From Cylindrospermopsis raciborskii Cr2010 (GTDB taxonomy: Bacteria > Cyanobacteriota > Cyanobacteriia > Cyanobacteriales > Nostocaceae), in NCBI RefSeq assembly GCF_003367075.2, contig NZ_CP065936.1, positions 1,020,001 to 1,052,000 of the forward strand: 32,000 nt of DNA, in the 5' to 3' direction. Positions 16,174-27,608 of this stretch are shown piece by piece; positions within the stretch are counted from its first letter, which is position 1, and each line of letters begins with the position of its first letter. The notes under the pieces are model-generated. The model did no database searches and was not told the origin of the DNA. It saw only the letters and a program-made list of their open reading frames with translations. Position numbers and translations under genes: made by a program.

Positions 16174-16932
16174 ATGTATGACAAAGAGAATGTTAGTCTG
16201 CTCGATGATGAAGTAGATCTACAAAGTCCACTAGATAATATAGAACCAATTACCTCGGAATCGGAAATAGTGAAACCCGATCCTGATGTCATGCTAGAAC
16301 TCTTGCAAGCATCCGATTCTAAACAAAGAATGTTGGCTGCCCGTGCTTTTTGTGATATTTCCGATCCACGATCCATCCCCTACCTAATTAAACTATTATC
16401 TGATTATTGTCCTTTAGTTCGAGTTAGTGCGGCATACGCCCTAGGTCGTAATACTGCTATGGAAGCGGTTGACCCCCTAATTAATCAGCTAAATCTTGAT
16501 TTAAATGGTTATGTGAGAAAGGGTGTAGTTTGGGCACTAGGTAATTGCCATGATCATCGTTGTTTAAACCCCCTCACGGATGCTTTAAAAACAGATATTC
16601 CCGCAGTGCGTTTATGGGCAGCCAGTGCCTTAGCGCAAATGGCAAATATAGGTTATGAGGCTATAATTCGTGCTATACCACCTTTAATAGAAGCCTTAGT
16701 TCAAGACCCTACTCCAGGAGTGCGCAGTAACTGCGCCTGGGCCATTGGTCAACTCTGTAAAGAGTTACCTTCTAATATTATTTACGCTACAGCTATAGAC
16801 GCCTTAATTCAAGCCTTTGCTGAAGACCAGGATTTAGGAGTTAAAGAAGATGCCAAAGCTTCACTATTAGGAGTGGGAGATCCTCGTGGGTTACAACTCA
16901 TTGAAACCCTAGAACAGGAAGGTTGGTTTTAG
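16174..16932 (+). CDS. HEAT-repeat protein (phycobilisome lyase-like HEAT family member)
   Basis: Repeated 'VRxSAAYALGxxxxxxAVDPLI' / 'VRLWAASALAQM' / 'VRSNCAWAIGQL' helical repeats. Confidence 0.85.
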   Translation: MYDKENVSLLDDEVDLQSPLDNIEPITSESEIVKPDPDVMLELLQASDSKQRMLAARAFCDISDPRSIPYLIKLLSDYCPLVRVSAAYALGRNTAMEAVDPLINQLNLDLNGYVRKGVVWALGNCHDHRCLNPLTDALKTDIPAVRLWAASALAQMANIGYEAIIRAIPPLIEALVQDPTPGVRSNCAWAIGQLCKELPSNIIYATAIDALIQAFAEDQDLGVKEDAKASLLGVGDPRGLQLIETLEQEGWF

Positions 16933-16936
16933 AGAT

Positions 16937-16956
16937 TCCCCACCCTGAGGTGGGGA
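16937..16956. terminator. Hairpin between convergent HEAT-repeat gene and ndhD
   Basis: TCCCCACC-CTGA-GGTGGGGA, perfect 8-bp GC-rich stem with 4-nt loop, lying in the 35-bp convergent gap; no clear U-tract. Confidence 0.5.
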
Positions 16957-16967
16957 TGAATCCAGAA

Positions 16968-18542
16968 CTATTGGGCAATTACAGGGGTATTTACGGAAAC
17001 ATGTTGTATTTCTTTTTCCGCAGTTAAGGTGGGGACTGAGTCCCGCAATCTTTGAGTTAATTGTACTGTGGTTGCATCATAAATTTGGGTGAGCAACTTA
17101 GGGTAAAAACCAATACCAATAATGGGGACTAACAAACAGGCAATAATGAATACTTCCCTTGGTTCAGCATCAATTAATGCTTGGTGAGAAACTAACTCGT
17201 CGTTTTCTTGACCATAGAATATTTCCCGCAGCATTGACAGCAAATAAATGGGCGTTAAAATCACACCGACTGCCATCAATAATACTACAATCACCTTAAA
17301 AGTGGGGTTATAAGCATCGCTAGTAGCAAAGCCCACAAACACCATTAATTCCGCTACAAAGCCACTCATTCCCGGTAAAGCTAAAGAAGCCATAGAACAG
17401 GTGGTAAACATAGCGAAAATTTTCTTCATCCGCTTACCAACCCCACCCATTTCATCCAGCATCAGGGTGTGAGTCCGGTCATAAGTAGCACCCACTAAGA
17501 AAAACAAACTCGCACCGATTAAACCATGGGAGACCATTTGTAAAACCGCACCACTTAAACCCAGATCAGTAAACGAGGCAATACCTATAGTGACAAAACC
17601 CATGTGGGATATGGAAGAATAGGCGATTTTCCGTTTCAGGTTGCGCTGAGCAAAAGAGGTTAAAGCCGCATAAATGATGTTTACCACACCCAAAATGACT
17701 AATACGGGAGCAAAATAGGCATGGGCATCAGGTAACATTTGGGCATTCATGCGAATTAGAGCATACCCGCCCATTTTGAGCAAAATACCTGCCAACAACA
17801 TGTGTACTGGTGCGGTAGCTTCTCCGTGAGCATCTGGTAACCAGGTATGGAGGGGAATGATAGGCAATTTAACCGCATAGGCAATTAAAAAGCCGGCATA
17901 TAGTAGCAGTTGTAAGTTGAGAGCATAGTCTTTTAAGGCTAGGGATGACATATCAAAAGTAATATTATCACCATAGAACGCCATAGTTAGAGATCCCAGC
18001 AGAATAAACAGGGAAGCACCAGCAGTATACAAAATAAACTTAGTTGCTGCGTAATGGCGTTTTTTACCACCCCAGATAGCCAGTAAAAGGTAGACAGGAA
18101 TCAATTCCAACTCCCACACCAGGAAAAACAACAACATGTCCTGAACTGCAAATACGGCAATTTGGCCACCGTACATAGCTAAAAGTAAAAAGTAAAATAG
18201 CCTTGGTTTAAAGGTTACAGGCCATGCAGCTAAAGCAGCTAAAGTTGTAATAAAACCCGTCAAAATAATTAGAGGCATGGATAAGCCATCCACACCCACA
18301 GACCACCTCAAATCTATTTGTGGGATCCAGGAATAACTTTCTACCAATTGAAGGTCGGGATTGGAGAAATCATAACCAGTGTAGAAAGCAGCGACAATCA
18401 AGGCAAAATCAATCAGACCCACAATTAAGGCAAACCAACGGACTGTTTTACCCTCCTTATCGGGGATGATAGGAATGAGTAGTGACGCAGCTATTGGAAA
18501 AAGAATAATCGTCGTCAACCAGGGAAAATTAGGCATATTCAT
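16968..18542 (-). CDS. ndhD: NAD(P)H-quinone oxidoreductase subunit 4 (NdhD)
   Basis: '[35 protein letters not shown]', '[39 protein letters not shown]', '[14 protein letters not shown]'. Confidence 0.96.
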   Translation of the reverse strand: MNMPNFPWLTTIILFPIAASLLIPIIPDKEGKTVRWFALIVGLIDFALIVAAFYTGYDFSNPDLQLVESYSWIPQIDLRWSVGVDGLSMPLIILTGFITTLAALAAWPVTFKPRLFYFLLLAMYGGQIAVFAVQDMLLFFLVWELELIPVYLLLAIWGGKKRHYAATKFILYTAGASLFILLGSLTMAFYGDNITFDMSSLALKDYALNLQLLLYAGFLIAYAVKLPIIPLHTWLPDAHGEATAPVHMLLAGILLKMGGYALIRMNAQMLPDAHAYFAPVLVILGVVNIIYAALTSFAQRNLKRKIAYSSISHMGFVTIGIASFTDLGLSGAVLQMVSHGLIGASLFFLVGATYDRTHTLMLDEMGGVGKRMKKIFAMFTTCSMASLALPGMSGFVAELMVFVGFATSDAYNPTFKVIVVLLMAVGVILTPIYLLSMLREIFYGQENDELVSHQALIDAEPREVFIIACLLVPIIGIGFYPKLLTQIYDATTVQLTQRLRDSVPTLTAEKEIQHVSVNTPVIAQ

Positions 18543-18810
18543 GACAATTTATCTGTAATTAACATGAAGTTGGTACGGGAGCCCCTAATTAGTGACCTTA
18601 TCCACTCCACGACATTTATATTTTCAGCTTTTAATTCTCTAATAAATGCTCAAAATTATCTTAAAGTTGCCTTAATGGACAATTGGAAACATTTAAAGAG
18701 AACAAAAGAAGTGAGGAATTTAGACCAACACCCACATTATTATCATCCATTCCCCCATAAGGACAGGATTTGGATAACAAAGATATAAGATTTTCCTCAC
18801 TTTTTCCTAA

Positions 18811-21800
18811 TTAAGCCGTAAAATACTTAGCTGTCGGATGATAAGCAATAATTGCAGTTGTAGACTGTTCAGGATACAACTGTTCACTTTCATCCATATA
18901 CATACCCATCCTATTAGCATCTAATAATTGTAGCTGCTTGTGTTGATCGGAAATGTTGGGACAAGCTGGGTAGCCAAAACTATATCGAGAACCCTGGTAA
19001 CGTTGAGCTAAAATATCCCGAATATTATCCGGTTCAACATCGCCAAATCCCAGCTCCTGGCGTATTTTAGCGTGAATCCATTCCGCTAATGCCTCAGCAA
19101 CCTGTACTGCTATCCCGTGAAAGTAGAGATAGTCAGTGTATTTATTCTCAGCAAATAAATTTTGGGCAAACTTTGTTGCTACCTCTCCCACAGTTACCGC
19201 TTGCATGGGGAATACATCAATCAATCCTGACTCTTTGGGAGCAAAGAAATCAGCAATACAATATCTTCTCCCGGAGCGTTGGCGAGGAAATTCAAAAGTT
19301 GTGGTAATTACAGGATTTTTACTATTAATGTGGGTAGTTTCGTAAATCAATAAACTATTACCTACTGCTTGACAGGGGAAATATCCATAAATTACCTGGG
19401 GATGCAATAATTTCTCCTGGATTACACGTTGCTTCCAGTTTTCTAAAAGGGGGTAGACCGTATCAATTAAAAACTCCTGGTGTTCCGCTTGAGACTTTTC
19501 TTTGGGTTTGCGAAATTGCCATTGTCCCACTATCAAAGCCTGTAAATCTAAATAGTACAATACTTCCTCTAGAGGAATATCCTGGGGTTGTAAAAATCTA
19601 CTTCCCCAAAAAGGTGGTTGAGGACGTTCAATATTGGCATTCACGGCTTCAGAACTTCGGGTATCTACTTCCGTGGGTTGCTGTTTTACTTCCTCCTTAA
19701 TCCGCTCTTGGGGATTAATCTCTGGAAGATCTCCCTTAACCTCATCCAAAAACCCTTGTAAATCATCCCATTTACCCGCTGCTTTTGCTGGCATTAATTT
19801 ATCCATAAAATTCAAGTCATCAAAAGCATCTTTACCATAGATCACCTTGCCGTGATAAGTGTTTTGACAATCCTGGTTGACAAACTTAGGAGTTAATGCT
19901 GCACCTCCCAAAATTACAGGAACCGTAATGCCTTTTTCATTAAAAACCTCTAAATTCTCCTTCATAAATGCGGTGGATTTAACTAATAAACCACTCATGG
20001 CAATACAATCAGGTTGGTGCTTTTCATAAGCCTGAATGATATTTTCCACCGGTTGCTTAATCCCCAAATTAATCACCTTATAACCATTATTGGATAAGAT
20101 GATATCTACCAGATTTTTACCAATATCATGAACATCGCCCTTAACCGTGGCAATCACAAAAATCCCTTTCCCATTACTACCAGCTCCCGACTTTTCCATA
20201 TATGGTTCCAAATAGGCCACCGCTGCTTTCATGGTTTCTGCTGATTGCAAAACAAAGGGTAGCTGCATTTGGCCAGCACCAAATAATTCACCTACAACCT
20301 TCATCCCATCCAACAAGAAAGTGTTGATAATATCTAAGGGGGGATACTGCTCCAAGGCCTTGGCTAATTGCGCCTCCAAACCTATTCTCTCACCATCAAT
20401 AATATGTAGTTTCAACCGCTCTTCAATGGGCAAACTTTCATCAATTCCCCGATTCTGTTTAGCCTTAACTCCCGCAAATAATCTCGTTAACTCAGCTAAG
20501 GGATCATATACACATACATCCCCATTAAACCTGCGCTGATCATATATTAGTTGTTTACACACTTCCTGATGTTGTGGGTCAATTTTCGCCAAGGGCAAAA
20601 TTTTGCTTGCACTAACAATAGCTGCATCCATCCCAGCTTCCATTGCCTCATGTAAAAACATAGAGTTTAATACAATCCGCGCTGCTGGATTTAAACCAAA
20701 GGATATATTAGACACACCCAAAATTACATGACACTCGGGCAATTCTTCCCTGATCCGGCGAATAGACTCTATGGTCGCACTGCCATTTTTCCGATCCTCT
20801 TCTATGCCAGTAGAAATCGGTAAAGCTAAAGTGTCAAAAAATATTTCTGATGCAGGTATGCCATACTCAACCGCTTGACGATAAGCGCGCTGGGCAATTT
20901 CAAACTTCTTCTGTGCTGTTCTGGCCATTCCCTCCTCATCAATAGTACCAATCACCACACCAGCACCATACTTTTTCCCTAATTCCAACACCTTTAAAAA
21001 ACGTGGTTCTCCATCTTCATAGTTAGTGGAGTTGAGTAAACACTTACCCCCAGCCACTTTTAAACCCGCTTCCATTTTTTCCCATTCGGTGGAATCCAGC
21101 ATTAGGGGGAGAGTTACATTATTCACAACCCGGGAAACTAACTCGTGCATATCATGCACCCCGTCTCTCCCCACATAATCAACATTCACATCTAAAATGT
21201 GAGCCCCCTCCTTAACTTGACTGCGAGCTATGGAAACTAAACCATCCCAGTCCTCAGCATTGAGCAAATCGCGGCATTTTTTGGAACCACTAGCATTGAG
21301 ACGCTCACCAACTATTAAAAACGAATTATCCTGTGTGTAATTTTGTGTGGAATAAATTGATGCAGCAGCAGGTTCCAAACTTGGCTGTCTCACCTTTGGT
21401 TTTAAATCCTTAGCAATTTCCGCCAATTGTTGAATGTGATCTGGTCGTGTCCCACAGCAACCCCCAATCACTTGGACACCAAGATCTTCAACAAAATGCA
21501 TCAACGCCATGCGCAGTTCTAAGGGAGTCAGTTTATAGTGAGCTTGACCACCTATATTTTCCGGTAACCCCGCATTGGGAATGCAAGATACAACAAAAGG
21601 TGAATGTTCTGATAAATACTTAATGTGTGGTTTCATTAAGTCCGGACCAGTGGCACAGTTTAAACCTAGAATATCAATGGAATATGGTGCTAAAATGGTT
21701 AAAACGGCGGCAATTTCTGTGCCAACCAGCATGGTGCCCATACTTTCCATGGTGACGGAAACCATAACCGGTCTTCTTTCACCTTTTTGGCTGAAAACTT

Positions 21801-22338
21801 CCTCTATGCCATTTAATGCAGCTTTAATCTGTAATACATCTTGGCAAGTTTCTACAATAAATAGGTCTACCCCACCATCAAATAGAGCTGTTACCTGTTC
21901 AGCAAAAGCTGATTTCATGGTGTCAAAGTCTATGTGTCCTAAAGTTGGCAGCTTGGTGGTTGGACCTATGGAACCAGCAACAAATCTGGGTTTTTCTGGA
22001 GTGGAAAACTCCGCAGCTACACGTTTAGCCAGCTCGGCGGCGGTCTTACTTAGATAATAAGCTTGATCCGCTAAGTCATACTCTGCTAAAACTATGGAGG
22101 TGCCACCAAAGGTATCAGTTTCAATTACATCTGCGCCAGCTAGTAAAAAGTCCCGGTGAACTTTGGCCACCGCCTCTGGTTTGGTGTGTATTAGGTATTC
22201 ATTACACCCCTCGTATTCGGGACCTCCAAAATCCTCAGCGGTTAGGTTCTGAATTTGTAGGTTTGTCCCCATTGCACCATCAAACACTATAACTGGATGT
22301 TCAGGACTATGTAAACGTTCAAGAAAGGAATGGGTCAT
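18811..22338 (-). CDS. metH: Cobalamin-dependent methionine synthase
   Basis: 1175 aa; '[16 protein letters not shown]', '[12 protein letters not shown]' (Zn site), pterin-binding '[16 protein letters not shown]', cobalamin-binding '[11 protein letters not shown]'; C-terminal activation domain. Confidence 0.97.
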   Translation of the reverse strand: MTHSFLERLHSPEHPVIVFDGAMGTNLQIQNLTAEDFGGPEYEGCNEYLIHTKPEAVAKVHRDFLLAGADVIETDTFGGTSIVLAEYDLADQAYYLSKTAAELAKRVAAEFSTPEKPRFVAGSIGPTTKLPTLGHIDFDTMKSAFAEQVTALFDGGVDLFIVETCQDVLQIKAALNGIEEVFSQKGERRPVMVSVTMESMGTMLVGTEIAAVLTILAPYSIDILGLNCATGPDLMKPHIKYLSEHSPFVVSCIPNAGLPENIGGQAHYKLTPLELRMALMHFVEDLGVQVIGGCCGTRPDHIQQLAEIAKDLKPKVRQPSLEPAAASIYSTQNYTQDNSFLIVGERLNASGSKKCRDLLNAEDWDGLVSIARSQVKEGAHILDVNVDYVGRDGVHDMHELVSRVVNNVTLPLMLDSTEWEKMEAGLKVAGGKCLLNSTNYEDGEPRFLKVLELGKKYGAGVVIGTIDEEGMARTAQKKFEIAQRAYRQAVEYGIPASEIFFDTLALPISTGIEEDRKNGSATIESIRRIREELPECHVILGVSNISFGLNPAARIVLNSMFLHEAMEAGMDAAIVSASKILPLAKIDPQHQEVCKQLIYDQRRFNGDVCVYDPLAELTRLFAGVKAKQNRGIDESLPIEERLKLHIIDGERIGLEAQLAKALEQYPPLDIINTFLLDGMKVVGELFGAGQMQLPFVLQSAETMKAAVAYLEPYMEKSGAGSNGKGIFVIATVKGDVHDIGKNLVDIILSNNGYKVINLGIKQPVENIIQAYEKHQPDCIAMSGLLVKSTAFMKENLEVFNEKGITVPVILGGAALTPKFVNQDCQNTYHGKVIYGKDAFDDLNFMDKLMPAKAAGKWDDLQGFLDEVKGDLPEINPQERIKEEVKQQPTEVDTRSSEAVNANIERPQPPFWGSRFLQPQDIPLEEVLYYLDLQALIVGQWQFRKPKEKSQAEHQEFLIDTVYPLLENWKQRVIQEKLLHPQVIYGYFPCQAVGNSLLIYETTHINSKNPVITTTFEFPRQRSGRRYCIADFFAPKESGLIDVFPMQAVTVGEVATKFAQNLFAENKYTDYLYFHGIAVQVAEALAEWIHAKIRQELGFGDVEPDNIRDILAQRYQGSRYSFGYPACPNISDQHKQLQLLDANRMGMYMDESEQLYPEQSTTAIIAYHPTAKYFTA

Positions 22339-22394
22339 ATTTTTAAACGCAGCTCAAGATTTATAGGTTAACTTTTAGTAACATTTTAGTAACA

Positions 22395-23381
22395 TTGGCT
22401 AGGAATATGAAGTGGAAATATTTTAGTTCACTTGTTAGTTCATTTGTGCAAAGGTTAATTTGCCACGAACTGATAGTTAGAGGAGCAAAGCATTGGACAA
22501 CAAGAGTGGGCATTATTTTTTTGATGTTGACAACCCTTATTATAGTAATTTCTACCGGTCTAGCAAGGGAACAGTATGGACAGAACGCCTTGACTAGTTC
22601 TGAAACATCTCAAGCAGTAGTTGTGAATCCATACCCAAAACAATTATTACAGGCACAAGCAAAAACAAAACAACCGAAATCAATACAAATACAAAATTTT
22701 TCTCAGTCACTTATCGAAAGAATTAAACAAAAAAAGGTTGTGAAAAAATACGTCACAACTAATAGCTTTAGTAAGTACCAACCTAAGTTAACAGCAGCAC
22801 AAGTACATCCTAGTAACTATGGGGAAAGATTCAGTCGGGATACCAAGGGTATGGCAGTTAGTAACCAACCAATTATTGTTTTACATGAAACAACATATTC
22901 TGCTAGGAGTGCAATCAATTACTTTCAGAACCATAATGTGGATGAAGATATTCAAGCTAGTTATCATGCCATCATTGCCCGGGATGGAACCGTAATTTAT
23001 TTAGTCCCACCCGATAAAAGAGCATTTGGCGCTGGCAATTCAGTTTTTAAAAATACAGATGGCACAATAGAGACAGTTCAAACTAATCCTAAATTAGCTC
23101 CTTCCGTTAATAATTTTGCCTATCATGTTTCTTTAGAAACACCTCCTGACGGTTGGGGAAAAAGAGATATTAGAGAACATAGTGGTTATACACAGGAGCA
23201 ATACAATTCCCTAGCTTGGTTGATTGCCCAAAGCCAAGTTCCCGACGAAAGAATCACTACTCATCGAGCTGTAGATGTGGCTAATGGTAAAGTTGACCCT
23301 TTGAGCTTTGATTTTGACAGATTCTTTAAAAAATTGCATTCTTTTCGAAAACTTCACAGTATTGCCCAATCACACTCCTAA
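22395..23381 (+). CDS. N-acetylmuramoyl-L-alanine amidase (PGRP/Amidase_2-like) with N-terminal TM
   Basis: '[18 protein letters not shown]...[29 protein letters not shown]...[30 protein letters not shown]'. Confidence 0.85.
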   Translation: MARNMKWKYFSSLVSSFVQRLICHELIVRGAKHWTTRVGIIFLMLTTLIIVISTGLAREQYGQNALTSSETSQAVVVNPYPKQLLQAQAKTKQPKSIQIQNFSQSLIERIKQKKVVKKYVTTNSFSKYQPKLTAAQVHPSNYGERFSRDTKGMAVSNQPIIVLHETTYSARSAINYFQNHNVDEDIQASYHAIIARDGTVIYLVPPDKRAFGAGNSVFKNTDGTIETVQTNPKLAPSVNNFAYHVSLETPPDGWGKRDIREHSGYTQEQYNSLAWLIAQSQVPDERITTHRAVDVANGKVDPLSFDFDRFFKKLHSFRKLHSIAQSHS

Positions 23382-24689
23382 ATCTTTATGGGTAAACCCT
23401 TTCCTGCGATCGCCTGTATAGGTCTTCACAACGTGTCCATCTCCGATTAGGTGATATTTATAGGTTACCAACCCTTCTAAACCCACAGGTCCCCGAGGTG
23501 GCATTTGCTGGGTACTAATTCCCACTTCTGCACCAAAACCATAACGAAAACCATCAGCAAATCTAGTGGAACAATTGTGATATACTCCTGCTGCATTGAC
23601 TAATGCTTGAAAGGTATTAGCTGCTATCAAGTCTTCCGTAACGATCGCCTCGGTGTGCCGTGAACCATATTCACTGATGTGAGCGATAGCCTCTTCTAAA
23701 GAATCAACTATTTTAATGGACAAAATCAAATCACTATATTCTGTTTGCCAATCTTTTTCCGTAGCCAATTCAATTTTTGGTAATATATCCAAGGTTCGGT
23801 TATCTCCCCTTAGTTCTACATTTTCAGATTCTAAAGCTGATGCAACTTGGGGCAAAAATTCCTGGGCAATACTACTGTGTATTAGTAAGGTTTCAATAGC
23901 ATTACATGCAGCTGTATATTGGGTTTTGGCATCTACAGTAATATCAATTGCCTTATGAATATCTGCTGCTTTATCCACATACAGATGACAAATTCCATCC
24001 GCGTGACCCAATACTGGAATTCGAGTATTTTCTTGCACAAATCTCACAAAAGAATTTGAACCCCTAGGAATGATTAAATCCACATATTTATCTAAATTTA
24101 AAAGTTCTAATATTTCTTCTCGGGTGGTTAATAATTGCACCACATCTTGGTTAACATCAGTCTTAGATAAACCTTGTTTAATCGCACTCACTATAGCTTC
24201 ACAAGAACCTATTGCTTCTTTCCCTCCTTTAAGAATCACCCCATTCCCCGATTTAATTGCCAGGGAAACAATTTGAATAGCAGCTTCTGGTCTAGCTTCA
24301 AAAATAACCCCCAGCACACCCAAGGGACAGGTTATACGCTTGAGAATTAATCCCCTGTCAATTTCTCGATGGATTTGAACTTGACCCACTGGATCCTTTA
24401 GTTTGACTAGATCTCTTACACCAGCGATCGCTTCTTGTAGTTTATTAGAATCTAAATACAATCGTTTATATAATGATTTACTGATACCCTGAGACATTGC
24501 AGTTTGACAGTCAGCTATATTTGCCTGAAGTATTTCTTCTTGAGCAGACTCTAAAGCTAAAGCAATTGTATCAAGAGCATAATCTTTCTGGTTACTGTTT
24601 AATAGGGACAAATTAAGAGCAGCTAAGCGGGTTTTTTGGGCAATCTCTTTTAGGGTAGAGGTATGTTGCAAACTAATTTCTAAACTCAT
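23370..24689 (-). CDS. proA: Glutamate-5-semialdehyde dehydrogenase (gamma-glutamyl phosphate reductase); ORF track start 24824, likely start 24689
   Basis: '[36 protein letters not shown]', '[16 protein letters not shown]', '[24 protein letters not shown]'. Confidence 0.95.
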   Translation of the reverse strand: MSLEISLQHTSTLKEIAQKTRLAALNLSLLNSNQKDYALDTIALALESAQEEILQANIADCQTAMSQGISKSLYKRLYLDSNKLQEAIAGVRDLVKLKDPVGQVQIHREIDRGLILKRITCPLGVLGVIFEARPEAAIQIVSLAIKSGNGVILKGGKEAIGSCEAIVSAIKQGLSKTDVNQDVVQLLTTREEILELLNLDKYVDLIIPRGSNSFVRFVQENTRIPVLGHADGICHLYVDKAADIHKAIDITVDAKTQYTAACNAIETLLIHSSIAQEFLPQVASALESENVELRGDNRTLDILPKIELATEKDWQTEYSDLILSIKIVDSLEEAIAHISEYGSRHTEAIVTEDLIAANTFQALVNAAGVYHNCSTRFADGFRYGFGAEVGISTQQMPPRGPVGLEGLVTYKYHLIGDGHVVKTYTGDRRKGFTHKDLGV

Positions 24690-24912
24690 AATCACAAAAA
24701 CCAACTGGTGGTAGTAACTAATAATTTTGGGAGGAGATACATATTGTATACATTTGGGACATGCTTCCAACAACGGATATACAAAAACCTGAGGAGGACG
24801 GTTCAATGGTGACATACTCCACACACTCCCTTACAGGTGAGAGTGGGCTTCTCAACGACTCTTCTTCAAGCCAGCATTCTCGGCTTTGTTTGAAAGTATG
24901 GTGATGAACTGT

Positions 24913-25182
24913 CCCCCCATCGTTAATACTTTTAGCCAATCTTGTTTTAGCAAGTCCTTTTATATTTAATTTTTCAACAGCTACTACGTCATACTTTTTG
25001 AGTAGATTATTAGCTGTTTTGAATTGGAAATCTTTTCTAGTATCAACAACTTTCTTGTGTAGAATACCCAGTTTTTTAATCGCTTTTTTACGGCGATTAG
25101 AACCTCTCTTCCGACGAGAGACACGACGTTGCGCAGATTTTAACTTGCGTTCAGCTTGGCGTAGAAACTTAGGTGCGGCAAT
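24913..25182 (-). pseudogene. Truncated TnpB (IS200/IS605-family accessory nuclease) remnant; ORF track 24718..25257
   Basis: '[87 protein letters not shown]' matches central TnpB; the N-terminal part, the zinc-finger region and the last RuvC motif are absent. Confidence 0.88.
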
Positions 25183-25263
25183 TCTTTCATCTTCATGGAT
25201 GTGACCAGTTAGTACAAGAGTAAGATGGTACTTTTTGCAACTCTTTTTTATCATCAAGCAGTT

Positions 25264-25289
25264 GGTGGTAATGTAATTGAATTACCACC
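25264..25289. repeat. Inverted repeat GGTGGTAAT-N8-ATTACCACC
   Basis: Perfect 9-bp arms with 8-nt loop, between the TnpB remnant and the 3' end of the Rieske gene. Confidence 0.75.
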
Positions 25290-25351
25290 CATGTAAGAGA
25301 GAACTAGTAACTAAGATTGACGTACCATTAGGGTGATTTGCAGTTGGAAAA

Positions 25352-25786
25352 TCAGACCGATTTAACAAAAACAGAACCAGCTTCGATTTTAGCCAAATAG
25401 GTTCTCAAAGGTTTTTCAGCTGGACCGTTATTTACCTTACCTTTATCACTAAATCTTGCTCCATGACAAGGACAAGCAAATTGATTACTTTTCCATTCCA
25501 CGGTACAACCTTGATGAGTACAGTTAGGTCTAACTGCTATTAAGTTCTTTGGTTTTTTAGATGTTCCCACCACTAAAACCGCTCCTATAGGGGAATTCTC
25601 AACTAGTAGTTGGCCATTTTTATCCAATTGGGCAACACTTCCGATTTTCTGCCAGTCTTTAGCCGCTTTGTTTGGTGCTGGTGATGCTAAGGTATCATCA
25701 TCTGATGTCAAAGCGGCAAATGCTATAGGTAAAGAACTAGCTAATAAACTTAAACCCACCCACTGGAAAAACTCGCGTCTTTTCAT
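25352..25786 (-). CDS. Stand-alone Rieske [2Fe-2S] protein with twin-arginine/TM-like N-terminus
   Basis: CTHQGC and CPCHGARF Rieske motifs; MKRREFFQWVGLSLLASSLPIAFA signal. Confidence 0.9.
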   Translation of the reverse strand: MKRREFFQWVGLSLLASSLPIAFAALTSDDDTLASPAPNKAAKDWQKIGSVAQLDKNGQLLVENSPIGAVLVVGTSKKPKNLIAVRPNCTHQGCTVEWKSNQFACPCHGARFSDKGKVNNGPAEKPLRTYLAKIEAGSVFVKSV

Positions 25787-25861
25787 AAATCATCTCCTAT
25801 GTAATAAATGCCGATAATCAATGCAAAATTTGCACAACAGCCGAGAATTTCTGAGAATTCC

Positions 25862-25903
25862 GTAACTGAGTATACGAATCCTTCCCGAAATTTGCCCTAG
25901 GTT
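25862..25903 (+). promoter_or_regulatory. NtcA-activated (class II) promoter of the nirA operon: GTA-N8-TAC (25862-25875), 22-nt spacer, TAGGTT -10 (25898-25903)
   Basis: Exact match to GTAN8TAC-N22-TAN3T, located upstream of nirA. Confidence 0.85.
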
Positions 25904-26025
25904 ATCAATATCGAAATTGTTACAACCCCTACCAGAGAACTACGATCAGTTGTTTTTCGGTGGGTAGTTGGCACGATTTAAGAACACGGATCCATAATCA
26001 ACCACATCCTGTTCCCCAAAAACCT

Positions 26026-27597
26026 ATGACAGAAACAGGTAGCGAAAAGCTCAATAAGTTCGAGAAATTAAAAGCTGAAAAGGACGGACTACTAGTCAAA
26101 CAAGAAATCAGCGAATTTGCTCGTCAGGGTTGGGAAGCCATGGAAGAAAACGACCTCAACCACCGCCTAAAATGGTTGGGTGTGTTTTTTCGTCCAGTGA
26201 CTCCCGGTAAGTTTATGATGCGAATGCGGATACCTAATGGTATTCTCACTAGCACTCAAATGTGTGTTTTAGCTAAAGTGATACGGCGTTACGATAGGGA
26301 AGGTAGCGCGGACATCACTACTAGACAAAATATACAACTTCGTGGCATAGATTTTTCAGATATTCCTGATATCTTTAACAAATTTCACAAAGTTGGGCTG
26401 ACCAGTATTCAGTCTGGTATGGATAATGTACGTAATATTACTGGTGATCCCCTGGCGGGTTTAGATGCCAACGAGTTGTATGACACCAGAGAATTGGTAC
26501 AGCAAATACAGGACCTGCTAACTAATGGGGGGGAAGGTAATCCAGAGTTTACCAATCTTCCTCGTAAGTTTAATATTGCAGTGACTGGAGGAAAAGATAA
26601 TTCCATTCATGCAGAAATCAACGATTTGGCATTTGTACCAGCATTTAAAGAAGGATTTGGTTTTAACGTTTTAGTTGGTGGATTTTTCTCGGGTAAACGC
26701 TGTGAAGCTGCTATTCCCTTAAATGTTTGGGTAAAACCAGAAGAAGTAGTTAGCCTATCTAAAGCCATAGTAGAGATATTTCGAGATCACGGGTTACGTT
26801 TGAACCGGCAAAAAGCTCGATTAATGTGGTTAATTGATGAATGGGGGTTAGAAAAATTCCGGGACGAAGTGGAAAAACAATGGGGAAAAAGCTTGCAAAC
26901 CGCAGCGCTCAAAGATGAAATAGATTGGGAAAAACGAGATCACATTGGCGTTTACCCCCAAAAACAACTGGGGTTAAATTATGTGGGATTAAACATTCCC
27001 GTGGGGAGACTAAGTGCGGATGACATGTTTGAACTGGCCAGACTAGCAGAAGTTTATGGTAGTGGAGAAATAAGGTTTACGGTTGAGCAGAATGCCATCA
27101 TTCCCAATATTCACGATTCCGCATTAAACACACTTCTGACCGAACCCATATTGAAAAAATTCAGTGTCAGTCCTGGTTTATTAATGCGATCGGTTGTCTC
27201 CTGCACAGGGGCCCAGTTTTGTAATTTTGCCCTCATAGAAACTAAGAAACGAGCCATAGCCATGACAGAGGCTTTGGAAGAGGAATTAATCCTATCAAAG
27301 CCCGTACGTATTCACTGGACTGGGTGTCCAAACTCCTGTGGACAACCTCAAGTGGCGGATATTGGACTAATGGGAACCAAAGTGCGAAAAAATGGGCAAA
27401 CATTGGAAGGTGTTGACATCTACATGGGTGGAAAAGTTGGTAAGGATGCTAGGTTAGGAACCTGTATTCAGAAAAGTGTTGCTTGTGAAGACCTGCAACC
27501 GATATTAAAAGATATCCTGCTAAAACAGTTTGGGGCAAAAGTGCGCGAACAAACATCAGCTCAAATCAGACCACAGTCACAAGTAGCAAAGAATTAA
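26026..27597 (+). CDS. nirA: Ferredoxin-nitrite reductase; ORF track start 25960, likely start 26026 (MTETGSEKLNKFEKLKAEK)
   Basis: 'MRMRIPNGILTSTQMCVLAKVIRRY', 'TTRQNIQLRGI', siroheme/4Fe-4S 'SCTGAQFCNFALIETK...WTGCPNSCGQPQVADIGLMG'. Confidence 0.96.
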   Translation: MTETGSEKLNKFEKLKAEKDGLLVKQEISEFARQGWEAMEENDLNHRLKWLGVFFRPVTPGKFMMRMRIPNGILTSTQMCVLAKVIRRYDREGSADITTRQNIQLRGIDFSDIPDIFNKFHKVGLTSIQSGMDNVRNITGDPLAGLDANELYDTRELVQQIQDLLTNGGEGNPEFTNLPRKFNIAVTGGKDNSIHAEINDLAFVPAFKEGFGFNVLVGGFFSGKRCEAAIPLNVWVKPEEVVSLSKAIVEIFRDHGLRLNRQKARLMWLIDEWGLEKFRDEVEKQWGKSLQTAALKDEIDWEKRDHIGVYPQKQLGLNYVGLNIPVGRLSADDMFELARLAEVYGSGEIRFTVEQNAIIPNIHDSALNTLLTEPILKKFSVSPGLLMRSVVSCTGAQFCNFALIETKKRAIAMTEALEEELILSKPVRIHWTGCPNSCGQPQVADIGLMGTKVRKNGQTLEGVDIYMGGKVGKDARLGTCIQKSVACEDLQPILKDILLKQFGAKVREQTSAQIRPQSQVAKN

Positions 27598-27608
27598 AGA
27601 GAGTTAAA

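Noticed and set aside
18564-18788. 74-aa plus-strand ORF between ndhD and metH
   Set aside because: No recognisable family and an unconvincing start; possible but too weak to call.
24690-24824. N-terminal 45-aa extension of proA including an 'ACPKC' string resembling a TnpB zinc finger
   Set aside because: proA homology begins at MSLEIS (24689). The ACPKC string lacks the surrounding TnpB zinc-finger/RuvC context, so I did not extend the TnpB remnant through it.
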